This document shows positions 50,056 through 63,594 of a stretch of DNA of 64,000 nt, one piece after another (positions within the stretch are counted from its first letter, which is position 1; every line of letters starts with the position of its first letter). The notes below the pieces were generated by a model. The model was not told the origin of the DNA, ran no database searches, and saw only the letters and a list, made by a program, of their open reading frames with translations. The position numbers were made by a program, and so were the translations under genes. The stretch lies in contig NW_024704742.1 in NCBI RefSeq assembly GCF_018977255.1, forward strand, positions 22,384,001 through 22,448,000, in the 5' to 3' direction. This DNA comes from Callorhinchus milii. Taxonomy: Eukaryota.

Positions 50056-51736
50056 AGTTGAAGGCAATAAGTGCACATGATAATCCGACTAATATCAATA
50101 TAATTGAACCAATCAGATATTTCACAGTTCAGGAAATGCAGGTTTGTCAAGCAGTCAAAGTTGGGGGAAATAAGCGTCCCTGATTAATAAAGCGACATTG
50201 CTTCTTTACTTGCTTGTCTGTGACAAATAGCTGTTGCCTTTTGGATTAGAAACAACAACTTGCATTTATATGGCGCCCTCCACGCAAGGTTGCATATCAG
50301 TGCACTTAAATAGCGCCCCTTGTGCTTATATAGCAATCCTCACGTAAGGTAGCATCCCAGAGCACTTTTTCCAGAAAGAAAGAACTTGCATTTTTATAGC
50401 AGTTATCACATTGAATGGTCTCAAAGAACCTTACAGTGGTTGCAAACATTTTGCACACAGCAAGGTCCCAGAATTAGCCATCACCCTATTGACTGATCAT
50501 CATCTTATGTTTGTAGACTTTGTGGAGGTCTCTTTTTAGAATGGGGATTAAACATTTCTTAGTCAGTGAGAAGTTAAGAGAGAAGCTGCTCTTTACCAGA
50601 TCCAGCCCTCACAAAATAACTATTAAACCCATCAAAAGCACATTCTCTCGAGATTACAGTTTTAAAAAATCTGACAATCAAAAACATGGTGGTGATGGAA
50701 GGAAGGTGTCGCTACCTTGTGGGTTGGTGGATTGTACTCTTTTGGTCCCAATCTTGTACATCAACATAAACTTTATATTGCTGAAAACCCTTGACCTTAG
50801 AGGAAGAATAAAAATGATACTCCTGTTTAATCACCCAATTGCTTTTTTTCTTGTTTTAAGCTTTGGGACCATTTTGCCTCAGAATTTAAGATTGTGCAGA
50901 ACTGTATAAAATTCTTAAATTTAGTTTTAAAGCTGGTTCTTTTTAAGAACTATGGAAAAATATCTTCTAAATTAAAGGTTATTTTTTAAGATAGGGAAAT
51001 GGAATCAAAGGGTTACTATTAGACCTAATGGAGGAACAGGCTCAACAGGCTAAATGGCCAAATGACAATCTGTTTCTTAGCACTCTTAATAACTTCTGTC
51101 AAAGATCCAGTGGGACAATATGGGATCTTTACGATATGACAGCTACAATCTCAGAAATCTTTTGGTACTATGAGTCATTTAATCAAACTCACAATCACTT
51201 TTATATTTCATTACAAGCATCTATCAAGACATTTATATAAAAGCAATTTTTATATATGGTATTCTGATACAAAGGAAATCAAAGCATACTGAAGTGGTGC
51301 CTCGGGTCAGTAACTCAGCACTATTATATCATTATATGTGTTGCTCATATAATGTGTCACCTTTCATGCAGGATAACATTCTCAGATCACTTGACAAACA
51401 TGGGGTCAGATGCCGCACAAAGGAGGGGAAAGTGACCATTGGTGTGGTCAAAGTGGTAGGTTGTTAGGAGGAATTTGAAACAAGGGATGGAAACAATGTT
51501 GAATCTCATAGTGTATGCAAACTCATCTTGCTTTACCCTATAGAATGCTGTGACAAGTTGCATTAGAGTAATGGTGTGGTTGAATATCATATTGCGGATG
51601 AAGTACTTTATGTTTCATAACATCTGTTATGAGAAGCTGCTTATTTGCAGCTATTCCTAAAGAATGGCCGTCCCTCTCCCCAGTTCTACACATGGAGCTA
51701 ATCCTTTTCATGCTTTGAAAACAATTGCCACTGTGA

Positions 51737-52053
51737 GGGAGGAATTCTACGGGGTCTAGATTTACTCTGTTTATGTAGCATTTTAGAGCGACCAGAATTT
51801 GGCAAATTGTGAAATTCAGTTTTAATTTTGGAATCAGTTTTCTGACATTTTTACCCAAATTCATCTACAAAAACATAATCACTACACTTTACACTGAATA
51901 ATGTGAAGCGGTTTGAGACGTCCTTCCAATATAATAGGTACTATATCAAATTCAAGGATTGTTTTTAAAAGGCTGTATTTAAGAATTTACCAAATTCTGG
52001 CAGTCTGAAATGTTCCATAAATAGAGTAAATCTAATCTCAGGTGGGTTTCCCC
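51737..52053. mobile_element. Palindromic MITE-like element with a nested SINE tail
   Basis: Left arm tagatttactctgtttatgtagcattttagagcgaccagaatttggcaaatt and right arm aatttaccaaattctggcagtctgaaatgttccataaatagagtaaatcta are long imperfect inverted repeats. Confidence 0.7.
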
Positions 52054-52877
52054 CCCCCCCCCATTTATTAATATCGGGAAGCTAGCTTGACTTTGATTTT
52101 AAATCCTGAAGCAGAATTTGAGTCCTGCTTCACAGGATATTGACTCAATTAAATGAGTAGCTTTGGACTACCCTCTATAGAAACAATAAATCACTGAATA
52201 GAAAAAGGGGCTCACATTTCCACGTTCAGATAAATACCAGCAGGAGAGATCATTTACCTTACCAATAGCAATAAAATTATAACTGGTGGAGCCAATCATT
52301 CTGCTGCCTAGTAGTAAAATAAATTAAATTGAGTTTCATTACTTTAAATGAGCGTATCCAGGGAACGTTCCAGAGCTTTTTACAAGATATCATTATACTT
52401 ACAAACACTCCTGAGAGAAAGAAAGAAAATTGTGGAGGGATGTAATCTTAACAATCTAGTTTTGAAGGTTTGATTTGAGGTTGCAGAGAGACTCTAACTG
52501 CGTGCCAGTCTAACTAAGCTATCGTGATATTGGCACAGTAGGTTGAGATGAAGAACACCCTTTGGACTATTTGATCTCAGTCTGCCAGACAATCAAATCT
52601 ACCATCGCCCATTGCAGCATCAAACACAGTGTTTCCAGTGCCCTAGCCTGGACCACCCCTCTTGTTGACTGCCAGTGACTGTAAGGAAATAAAACTGAAG
52701 AATTTGTCACATTGGACTATTATCAGGTGGTACCTGGGAGTGCGTAAAAAACAAGCCTGCCTTATAATGGGGCATAACCATCAGCAACCACTGGCCAGCA
52801 CTTCCTGCTTCCTATGATCAGTGATGTCACTGTGCACACCATACAATTTACATTATAATGCACACTTATACACTTAT

Positions 52878-53752
52878 ACTCGGTCCTCTCGTCTTCAACC
52901 TGCACATGCTCCCTCTTGGTGACGTCATCTGCAGACATGGGGTCAACTTCCACATGTACATCTATCTCTCTGCCTCCGCCCTCGACCCCAGGACCACTGA
53001 TGTCCTGTCAGACTGTCTGTCAGACATCAAGTCCAGGATGAGAGCTAACTTTCCACAGTTGAACATCAGCAAGACCGAGGCTCTGCTGATTGGCTCACGC
53101 CATTGCCTCTACTGGCAGCATCAGTGTCCCCGGATGCACACTCCATCTCACCAAGCCAGTCAGCAACCTCAACTGTCAATGAATCTCCAGATTCGTGCCA
53201 TGACCCGCTCTGCCTTCCCCCACCTCTGCAACATTGCCCGACTTTGCCACTGCCTCACCCCTCAGACCGTCATTACAACCAGGCTTGACCATGCCAATTC
53301 CCTGCTTGTCGGCCTTCCCAACTCTTCCCTCCACAAGTTGTAGATCATCCAGAACTCTACAACTCGTTTCCTCTCACACACCAGGTTCCGTGACCCCATC
53401 ACACACACCCTCTCTGACTCTCACCCGACTCCACTGACTCCCCTTCCCTCAGAGGATAGAATTAAAAACTCTCGTCCTCACCTTCAAGGCCCTCGATAGC
53501 CTTGCCCCCTTCTACCTCTCCGACCTGCTAACCCCTTATCAACCTGTCCGCTCCTTCCATTCAGCAGGCTCTGGCCCGGCCTGCTCCATGTCTCCCTACT
53601 AGTTCACCCCACCATCGGCAGTCTGGCCTTCAGCCTCTGCCCCACTCTCTGGAACTCCATCCCACATTCCCTTTGCCTCGCTCCCTCCCTTGCCTCCTTC
53701 AAAGCATGGCTCAAGACCCTCCTCTTGGACCGTGCCTTCCACCTTCCCTTTG
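52878..53752 (+). mobile_element. L2 LINE fragment (RT C-terminal half)
   Basis: [27 protein letters not shown]...[14 protein letters not shown]...TTRLDHANSLLVGLP. Confidence 0.92.
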
Positions 53753-54111
53753 AGGTGCCTTGAAGGAGGCAGAGAGGAGGCGAATTGAAGTGCAGTGACA
53801 GATTTTGAAAGCATGATGTCTGGATTCTTAGGTAAGAAAATGCCAGGATTCACAACCTAATCGCATTTTAGTTGAACCAGCATTATAATAAGGTGTATTG
53901 TAAGGAGGTCCTTATGTCATACATGTCCAGCTGTACTATGAGATCTTAAATGACTAGAGATAAAAATTATGGGGGAATTTTTACAATTCTAAATAGGATT
54001 TGATTTTATCCAAATGATATTTTACTCTATTTTTGAGAGTGCTTGGTTCCATAAAAATTTTAGGTGATCTGATTCCTAAGGTAGACTCATCTTAGGTAGA
54101 CTCATGTTTAT

Positions 54112-54560
54112 CACGTCATTGAGACATCTCAAAGTGTTTCACAGAATATACTATAAATTGGATTGACTGTATATTTTGGGGGAGTGTATTGTTGAAAGTG
54201 CTGATCTTTAGATGAGATGTTAAACTAAGGTTCCATCCTCTATAATAATAATAACAATCCTTGCATTCGATATAGCGCTTTTCACGTCGGAAGGACATCC
54301 CAAAGCGCTTCACAGAACACACTGTAAAGTGAATTGACTGTATATTTGTGGGCAAACCCCATAGCACTATTCGAAAAGAGAAGGGAGTTTCTTCTGGCCA
54401 ACAATCCCCCGAATCACTTCATGGCTGTTTGTGGGACATTATATGGCCGTTGTATTTGTCTACAAAAATATGCAGTCACTACACTCCAGAGTAAATCCCA
54501 TGAAGCACTTTGAGATGTTTTGACGACATGACATGGTGCTATTTGAAATGCTTATAATTA
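54112..54560. mobile_element. Nested SINE cluster: plus-strand Deu SINE with a truncated minus-strand young SINE inside it (54243-54358) and another abutting it (54112-54180)
   Basis: The Deu core ttagatgagatgttaaactaaggttccatc...cccatagcactattcgaaaagag is split by a reverse SINE tail. Confidence 0.75.
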
Positions 54561-57500
54561 TTATCCTTGCCTTTATGAGATCTGTGCGGAGACTTTGGAG
54601 TGAAAAATGAAACCCAAGGTTTGTTCATTACCATTGTGACGATCAGGAAAATATTGATGGACCACAGGGAGCACTGATTTCAGCAGATCATGATGCCTAA
54701 AAGTAATGTTAGAAATACAAATTTGTAAACCTTAGTTCTAATGATCAAAAAACAAGAGTCACATCAAAGATGACAATGAATTAATTTTGAATAGGATGGA
54801 AAGGGAAACCATTCTACAGATGTTGGGATGTTCAAGCCTGAACCTGGTGTTAAGACAGGGCACAAAATGAAGTTATAATAAGGTAACATTCTGTCTTTGT
54901 GTGATTTATTACATCATACATTTTTTTGCCCCTTATGCTTAATAAGATCACAACAGCTCATAGTAAAGCATTTGCTTGCTGATCAAGTGCTCTCTGGTAC
55001 AATACTTAAACTGACTACAAGGAGTAGTCAAACACACAGAAATCACATCAATTAATATTGGGACCAGATAGAACACAGGTTATTTTCCTGCCTGTACTTT
55101 CCTGCCTCTAATATTACCAATTACTGAATGTAAAATATGATTTCTAAAACTAGGTTTTATTTTATCTTCATGTATACCAGTGCAAAAGTGTAACAAAGAA
55201 CACATACTTTCTTTAGATGGCAATTTCATTATAGCGTGACAGCGATGGATTTTTACTGTGAGTTGATCTGTCTAAATGTAAATCAGTTAAATTTAAATCA
55301 AACTTGTGTTAATGAAAGGGTTAAGGACCTAATGAGGTTGGTGGTGTTCATTAATTATGAATAATGACCTTAAGACTTTGGTTCACCTTAATTACCTTAT
55401 TATAACTTCTAAAATCAACTGTTAATATTATTGGATTAATAATATGCACCATGATGAAATAATCACTGTAGAAGTGGATAAAATTAAATTCATGTCTGGA
55501 AGACGTTAGACTTTTATGACATTAATAAAGGAGATCAGAGATACACCAAACCAACATGTTAGATAGTATAACAAATGAACAGTAATTTGCAGTAAGTTTT
55601 ATTTTGTGTAGATTTTATTTATACATCATGAAATGTTTTCTTGTTGTTTCCTTTCTGGAAGGAAGCACATTTTATTGTCAAGGTTGTAAGTCCTTAGTTA
55701 ATGAATGTTTTTCTACTCTTTGCATTCACTGGCATCTAACTTATGCTGATTTCTAAAAATATTTTATTCCTTTTTGTACATTGAGGAATATCTTTATAGA
55801 GACCTTGTGGAAATCTAATTGAATATCTTTATATATGAGACCCACTGACTGCATTGCACATTCTTAGAGCAAGTATAACATTTTCTAAATAAAGAATAAA
55901 GCTCCCACTACATAGCAGAATCCATTGGGTAAAACATTCTCCCCATTCAAAGCAAATAGGGGGAAAAATCATAGTGCTTTAACCCCACTGGCAGAGCACT
56001 CTAAACAATGTTATAAAACAGTATAACACAGTGAGTGAAGCAAAATACTAAAGATGCATATCCACAATTGCATCACTCATGAGGACTAAAATATAGAGGG
56101 GTGGGGGGAGTAATGGTGGATGGAAGACACTTGCTGAATTGTCTGAAGCCAAGAAAGACTCGAGGCAGTAAGGTAGAATGTTACAGAAATTACTTCTATT
56201 GGGCAAGGAGTAAAGAGTAATCCAACTAATAAAAATGCATAATAGTCAAGGAACTTTCTTCTTCCTGTTTACTGACATTTATAGCATCAATACCCATTTC
56301 ATTGGAGTGAGTTCTGACCAGAAACACAATCTCGGGTTGCTGACAATACAAACTGATTGAGCACCACTTATTCTACTTGTAATACCAACAGAATGCCTCC
56401 ATTGTGTCTCTGTCTTGTGCAAGTTACTCCAAGCCAAATGCTACTTTATGTGTAATAAGAAGATAGGATGGTGTGAATTTTGATGTTTCAAAATGACTTG
56501 CGTGTCACTTTATTTCAATATAAACCTTTCTCCACTCTATTTGATCTATTTGCACAAGCTCTGTCTGATGTGGAGACTGCCCGTCTCTGTCCTAAGGCAG
56601 CTGTCAATTGTGAGATTAGCTCATTTGGCAGAGGTCTCATACCCTTCAGAGATCTTGTGGTAGTAGCTGTCATTCAGTACCATGTTTATAAGCTTTTGAT
56701 TGTCCCTGTCAGCTAGCAGCCTAAGGTTGCTGCTAGTGCACAGTCATGTCTTTGATATCTGTCAGCTTTGGCCAGGTCCTTTTAGTTATCCGGTATATCT
56801 GCAGCTCTGAACATGCTTGTGCTCTATTCCAGAACTAATTAGCTCTTTGGAGATTTCCCTTTTTAAAACTTACTATCACAGAGGGCAGGAACTGTTCAAA
56901 AGTTTGCAGATGATAGAAATTCTGCACTCGTCCATCCTGTACAGCTATGATTTAATATTTAAATTGGAAGTTCAAGCCAATATAGGTAAAAAAAAAGTAG
57001 CAACTTCATCACTGAAATTGTGAAGTTGTTTGCAGGTTTCCTCTTTATGCAGATAAAGTAAAGATGAGTCTTTTAATTTGGGCAAAAGGAGTGAACCATA
57101 AGCAGTCATAATATACTGTATAACCCAACATGAAATGCTTTACTTTTTTTCTTTGACTTGTGTTGTGCAAATATTGTGCTAGCTGAATATAAAAGTATGC
57201 AACTTTAAGGTACAAAAAAAACATGCAACAACATCAAGAGCAGGCTTACATCAATGAAGACCCTAAGGATGTCTTTGTTGTCAACTTCAGAAGGAAAGCA
57301 AGCAGCTGAAGAGGACACTGGCAGAAGGAGTGGATACTAAAGAGAACTCAAAGGACTAGTTCTGGGCTAGGTGATTGGTATTCGAGATCAGTCTGGCTTA
57401 TGGCTCTGATCTGAGAGATGAGACTGGCAGTAGAGCCAGAGGGCATTACAGCCAAAACACAGCTTCTGTGCACCATGAACAGCTTGTCTTAATGTCCTGA

Positions 57501-58119
57501 AATTTTCCTGAAATAAATAACAGGCATGCAATACTTTTAATACATGGATGTTAAGCCTTATGAGGTTTTAATGACATTTAGAAAATCACCCGACATGACA
57601 AGTATAATTTACATAGTTCTGCTCTGTATGGCTTTTGTTTTTCCCTTTGGTAATCTTTCTTGCGATCTTAGCAGGATAATGGACTTGAATATGCAGGGAT
57701 TTGTAAAAGGATTCCACGCGTTCCAGACGAGTCTCACAGCCACCTGCTAGAGCTCTGCTTGGAAGTGGATCTTGGCTGATCTGCCTAACTGTGGGAGGCT
57801 TGTGTCCCATAATTTGACTTTACAGAGATCAGAAATAAGATCAGCTCTGAGTGGAAGCTTGAAAGGTCAGCCTGAAACTCAAGCGTGCAGGATTCCAGAC
57901 TCAATATAGCGAAAGTAGAAAGCACACTATTGCTGGCTTCATATAATCACCCATGCCAACCGTTCAAATTAATGGATACCAGGCAAATTAACATTTTACA
58001 TAGAGTTACATAACGTGATAGTACACAGAAATAGGCCATTTAGCCCAACTACTCCATGCTGATGTTTATACCCCACACAAACCTTCACCCCTCATATTCC
58101 CATCTCTTATACCTCTCTA

Positions 58120-59255
58120 ACAAAAACAGAAGTCACTGGGAACATTCAGCAGGTCAGGCAGCATCTATGGCGAAAGGAAAGTGAGTCAACGTTTCGGGTC
58201 CAGGACCCTTTGTCAGAACTGGGGCATGTTGGGAGGGAGAGGTTTTTAAGGGCTAACAGAGAGGGAGCGGAAGGACAAGAAAAACAAAGGAGAGAGTGGG
58301 GTAGAGGACAGGGGATGATGGGTTAAAGATGATGGGTTAATGATGCAAAACGGGGGGAGGGGGGTTTTGCAACAAAACAGGGGAATAGAGGTGTTACATC
58401 AACAACAACAACAACAAGATTCCATTTATAAAGCGCCTTTCACGTCAGGAGGACGTCCCAAGGCGCTGCACAGTTGGGTCATGACCCGAGCAGGGGGAAA
58501 TGGTCAGGGTGAGGGGAGGGAAGGGAGGGAGCGAGGAGGGGGGAAATGGTCAGGGTGAGGGGAGGGAAGGGAGGGAGCGAGGAGGGGGAAGAGAGTCGAG
58601 AGGGGAGCTGAAGGCTCAGTTAATACTGAAAAACAAAGAGTGGGGGGAATTGCAACAAAATAGGCAGACCAGAGAGAGAAAAAGTGTGTCTGAGACCCAG
58701 ATGATGTGGTAATGGTCACAGAAGAGGGGGAGGGGAAAGGTGAGCTGTTTTGGTCTGAAATTGTTGAAATCAATATTGAGGCCAGTGGGCTGTAAGATCC
58801 CCAGCAGATAAATGAGGTGCTGTTCCTCGAGCGTGCGCTGTGGCTCATTGGAACAGCGTAGGAGACCAAGGATGGAGAGGTCAGAGTGCAAGTGGAAGGG
58901 AGAGTTGAAGTGGTAAGAGACCGGAAGCTCAGGGTTGTGCTTGCAGACAGAACGGAGGTGTTCACCCAATCTGCGTTTTCTCTCCCCAATGTAGAGGAGA
59001 CCACATCGTGAGCAGTGAATGCAGTAAACTACATTGCTGGTAGTACACGTAAATTGCTGTCTCACTTGAAAACTGCGTTTGAGGCCCTGGACAGTGGTAT
59101 GGGAAGGAGGCGAAAGTGCATCCCCTGTGCTGGCATGGGAAGGTGCCAGGGGGAGGAGAGCAACTGTGGTGGTGATGGAGGAATGAACCAGGGAGTCACG
59201 GAGGGAACGGTCCCTTCGGAATGCTGAGAAGGGAGGGAAAGATATGTTTAGTGGT
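58120..59255 (-). mobile_element. Penelope-like element 3' part (GIY-YIG endonuclease plus 3' UTR)
   Basis: ORF 58616-59065 FTCTTSNVVYCIHCSRCGLLYIGERKRRLGEHLRSV...PVSYHFNS...EEQHLIYLLGILQPTGLNIDF is a Penelope GIY-YIG domain; tail gacccgaaacgttgactc...gatgctgcctgacctgctg. Confidence 0.92.
58398..58590 (-). mobile_element. L2 3' tail inserted in the Penelope element, with a 46-bp tandem duplication
   Basis: (caa)n gattccatttataaagcgcctttcacgtcaggaggacgtccc; ggggaaatggtcagggtgaggggagggaagggagggagcgagga occurs twice. Confidence 0.75.
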
Positions 59256-60534
59256 TTATGCCACTTCTCTTCTTATAGCTCTCTTTTGCTTTCTCCCTCA
59301 TATAGTTATCACATATGTTTCCTCTAGTTGTGGACTGTGCAACAAGTGGAAACAGGATATCAACAACCCCCCTATCAAATCCTACCATAATCTTGAACAC
59401 CTCTGATGTTGTATTTTCATTGCATACATTCTCCACTAATTTAAAGGTTTCTATCAACAATTGCCTCGTTTTATTTGCCTAGTTATGTTTTTATGTATCG
59501 AATTGAAGTTATGGAGAAGTTTGAAAGTTTTTGTGATCTTGAGAGCGTAGATCCACAATATCTTTTTAAAGTGCAGTGGAACACAAGGTAGAAATTATGA
59601 AAGTAAAAGTAGAGAAATCATCGCACCTCAAAAACCACAATAATTTATATTTATATAGCGCGCCCCCCCCACCACCACCCCCTTCCCCCTCCCAACCAAG
59701 CATCCAAGAGTGCTTGGTCAGTCCCCAATGTATGTGTCCGAGAATACTCAGAAAAGTATGGAAGAGATAAAGGAGTTTTCCAAACGTCTATTTTTTTTCC
59801 TCAGCTAGGTGTCCGAGAGTGCTGCAGGATGTTATCCTGCGTGAAAGGCATTATATAAATGCAATTGTTTGTTGTTGTTGTTGATGCATGCAGAGACATA
59901 TCATCAGGCTTATCCAGATCAGACTGAGATTTCCACATATGAGTACAATATAATATAACATTTGTATAGCGCCCTTCACGTTGGGAGGAAGTCCCAAGGA
60001 GCTGGGACCTACACCTGCAGTCTTCCCTGAGCCTGGAATGGAATATGCACTATTTTCTTGGACAGATATACCCTACTTATTTATGTCTGGAAAATATTAG
60101 GCACAGGTTGGCAAGAGCCATGGTTGGGGAGCGCAGAGTATGCATTGAAATACTGCTGTAGTTTAATCAGCTAAATTGGCATAGGTTGTCATTGCAAATA
60201 CTGACTGGCATGATTCCCGCTGCTTATCCATCTAGAAACACACTACCCATTAGGACTTTGACTTGCAGAGTTAACAGGTGCCCAGTGGGAAGAATCCCTG
60301 CTCACTCTAAGTCCTGACGATAATTCATTCTGGCTGATCTGTCCATCAACAGTGCTTTTGAGTACCTGGCTCAGGCATCTGGACTACCGAGAATGCTACA
60401 AAGTAATGACTTGATTCCATTGCCAAGCAAATACCTTGGAGCCACTGGAGCACTGAACAGATCCTGATTGCCCCCACCCCCACATAGAATAGTCACTAGT
60501 TGGTTATTCGGAATTTAATAAGTACAAGTCCGAC

Positions 60535-61860
60535 ACCGTTGACCATTCTATCCTCCTACGCCGCCTTTCCTCTCAGCTCAATCTTTGCGGACCTGCCCTT
60601 GCCTGATTCGAATCCTACCTGTCCCACTGTCTCCACTTTGTCTCCACTAACGGCTTCTCCACCAGCCCCCGCACCGTCACGTGTGGCGTCCCTCGGGGCT
60701 CTGTCCTTGGCCCTCTGCTTTTCAATATCTCCATGCTCCCTCTTGGTGACATCATCCGCAGACATGAAGTCAACATCCACGTGTGTGCGGATGACACCCA
60801 ACTCTACTGCTCTGCCTCCACCCTCGATTCCAGGACCACTGCTGTCTTCACAGACTGCCTGTCGGACATCAAGTCCTGGATGATCTGATGTATATTTGGG
60901 GAGGATAAGTTTGCAGGGCTATGGGGAGAGAGCGGGGGAGTGGGATTGATTTGGATAGCTCTTTTCGAAGAGCTCACAGACATGATGGGCCGAATGGCCT
61001 CGTTCTGTGCTGTATAATTCTATGATTCCATGAGAGCCAACTTCCTGCAGTTCAATGTCAACAAGCCCAAGCCCCTCCTGCTTGGCTCCCGTCAGCACCT
61101 CCATACCTCGGGCACTGACAACATCTCCCTCTATGGATGCACTCCACAGCTCACGGAGCCAATACGGGACCTCGGCATCCTATTCGTCACTCAACTATCC
61201 TTCATACCCCACATTCATGCCATGACCCGCTCTGCCTTTCCCTACCTCCGCAACATTGCTTGGCTCCCCCGCTATTTCACACCGGAGGCCGACGAGACCC
61301 TCATACACAGATTCATAGCATCTAGGCTCAACTATGCAAACTCCCTGCTTGTCGGCCTCCCCAACTCCTCCCTCCATAGGCTGCAGATCATCCAAAACTC
61401 TGCGACCCATGTCCTCTCCCGCACCAGGCTCCACAACCCTATCACCCCCATCCTTGCCATTGGCTTCCCTTCACATAGAGGATACAGTTCAAGATCCTGG
61501 TCCTCACTTTCAAAGCCCTCCATGACTTTGCTCATTCATAAATCTGTGACCTCCTAATACCCTACCAACCTGCCCGGTCCCTCTGCTCAGCAGGCTCTGG
61601 CCTGCCTTCAGCCACTCTGCCCCACCCTCTGGAACTCCATCCCGCAGTCCCTCCGCCTCACCCCTTCCCTTGCGTCCTTCAAGACCCACCTCGACCTTCC
61701 TCTTCAACAGTGCCTTTGGTCACCATTCTTCCCCCACGCCTGCACTCCATCCTCCCCGATCCCGACCCCCAGCTCAGGTCCGAATCACTGATTGATTGTC
61801 CAGCCCCTTGGGACATCCTCCCGACGTGAAAGGCGCTATACAAATGTAATTTTGTTGTTG
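60535..61860 (+). mobile_element. L2 LINE fragment (RT plus 3' end) interrupted by a CR1 tail
   Basis: gtgtgtgcggatgacaccca (xADDTQ); ANFLQFNVNKPKPLLLGSRQ...ASRLNYANSLLVGLP; tail at 61800-61860. Confidence 0.92.
60884..61029 (+). mobile_element. CR1 3' tail nested in L2
   Basis: gatgggccgaatggcctcgttctgtgctgtataattctatgattcc; the L2 reads tcctggatg before the insert and atgagagcc after it. Confidence 0.8.
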
Positions 61861-63594
61861 TCTGAGCCCTCACTATGTGTGGAGCAGGTTCAGGAAAGAT
61901 TCTGGGAGCCTCTTGGTGAGCAGCACAACTCAGCCGAAAATGACTGAGACCATTGCCATCATCCTCGTGCCTGCAGCACAGATACAAATCCTTACTCATT
62001 AAGTGGTAACTGCTTACCTCTCTGCATAAGCAATTGAGGCAAATAGCAAGCCCTGGATACATGAATGTGTGTTCACAAACCGGGCTGGACTCCAGGTAAC
62101 ATTTTCCAGCAGCTATTGTCCAAAGCCATAGAGTTTTGGCTCTTTTTCAGAGCTCTTTGAAGGATATCTGCCTTTAATATGGTGGAAGGATCTATCCACA
62201 GCAACTTGTGACATGCCAGCCAGTTTGATGTTTTAGAGATCCAAGGCCAATACCATGTACCAGGTTTACTCAACACCAACTACTTAATCCAGACCTTCAT
62301 TGGAATCATCTTGACCAAGAAACCTACTTGCTATGAAGACTCTCCCTACACTTCACCTTTTTACCACAAATCTATCAAATCCCTTGGTCCTGGACTTTGC
62401 AAATGGACTGAAGGAAACTGTTCCATAACGTGACCAGAAGCTCTGAATCATGAAGGAAGACTGTCTGGACACACATTTCATACACTACAAGATTAACCTG
62501 CATTGGGATTTTGCTATCATTTAAAATGTAGTACTGCAAGCTTTTGAGTGAACATGTTTAATAATCTAAATTGATTGGAATGAAGGTTCCTGTGGTATTT
62601 TTCCTAAAACTGAATTTTATATCAAATGCTTTTATAGCTTAATACATTTAGCAATACTCTTTTATGATCTCCATTCATTCCTTTGTTAAAAATAGACATC
62701 ATTTACAAAGTTGAAAAATGCAGCATGCTTCCTATTCTATAGAGCATCGACAGCTTCTATAGGCTTATCCATAACATAGGCTTGTTATGATCCGTGAGAG
62801 GCCAGTCACGGTTCATAAAAACAGGATCAAGGATGAATTTGTTTAATACAAGAACTGTAGACAGATGTTGTATTAGAAGTAAAGTAAGAAAATCCTGTGT
62901 TCCTTGAATAAATTGTACTTCGTAACAATAACAATGCCTTTATTGAATAATTTATTTCAATGGGACGTTTTGTTATGTGAGAGCTGAGACTAATTTAGAC
63001 CTATGAATGAATTTGATACATCTTTAAAGTGAAGACTGAAAGTATCATTCTATTGCCTTGCATTTTGTACCAGTCAGATATTGATTCTACAACAGGAAGC
63101 TTCAATTAGATAAATTTGTTTTATTTTGCTCTTCCTGCCGTACTCTGTTGTAATAAAAAGGTGTAGTACTTATGGGAACACACATTCTCCTTACAGAATC
63201 AACAAAAATATAACATTAAAGGATAAAAATGGTTCCTCAATAATCTGGTAGAGGATTCCCCAGAACAGTGACATTGTGTGTAAAGTGAGTTGGAGGCTAA
63301 GAGAGGTGGAGATCTTCTACTAAAACTGTCAGATACAATTATTATTAAAGTGCATTGTGCTGTCTGCTTAAGTACTGTCAGGGTGTTCACAAAGTCCCGT
63401 TAACCCCTTTTTTTTCTTGCAATGAATTGTTATTTTCTGTTACAGATGAGTCGAGTGTAACAATGTCTGATACCAGTAATTTCCCCATCACTCCATCCAT
63501 GTTACGGGAGATGCCACACCAATCATGGCACCGGATCATTATCTGCCATGAAAATGATGGCACTCACACCGATCCTCTGGACCGATCCTCTAAA

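Noticed and set aside
58616..59065. GIY-YIG ORF as a host or defence nuclease gene
   Set aside because: It is the decayed endonuclease of a Penelope element, with a deletion in the motif and no intact RT.
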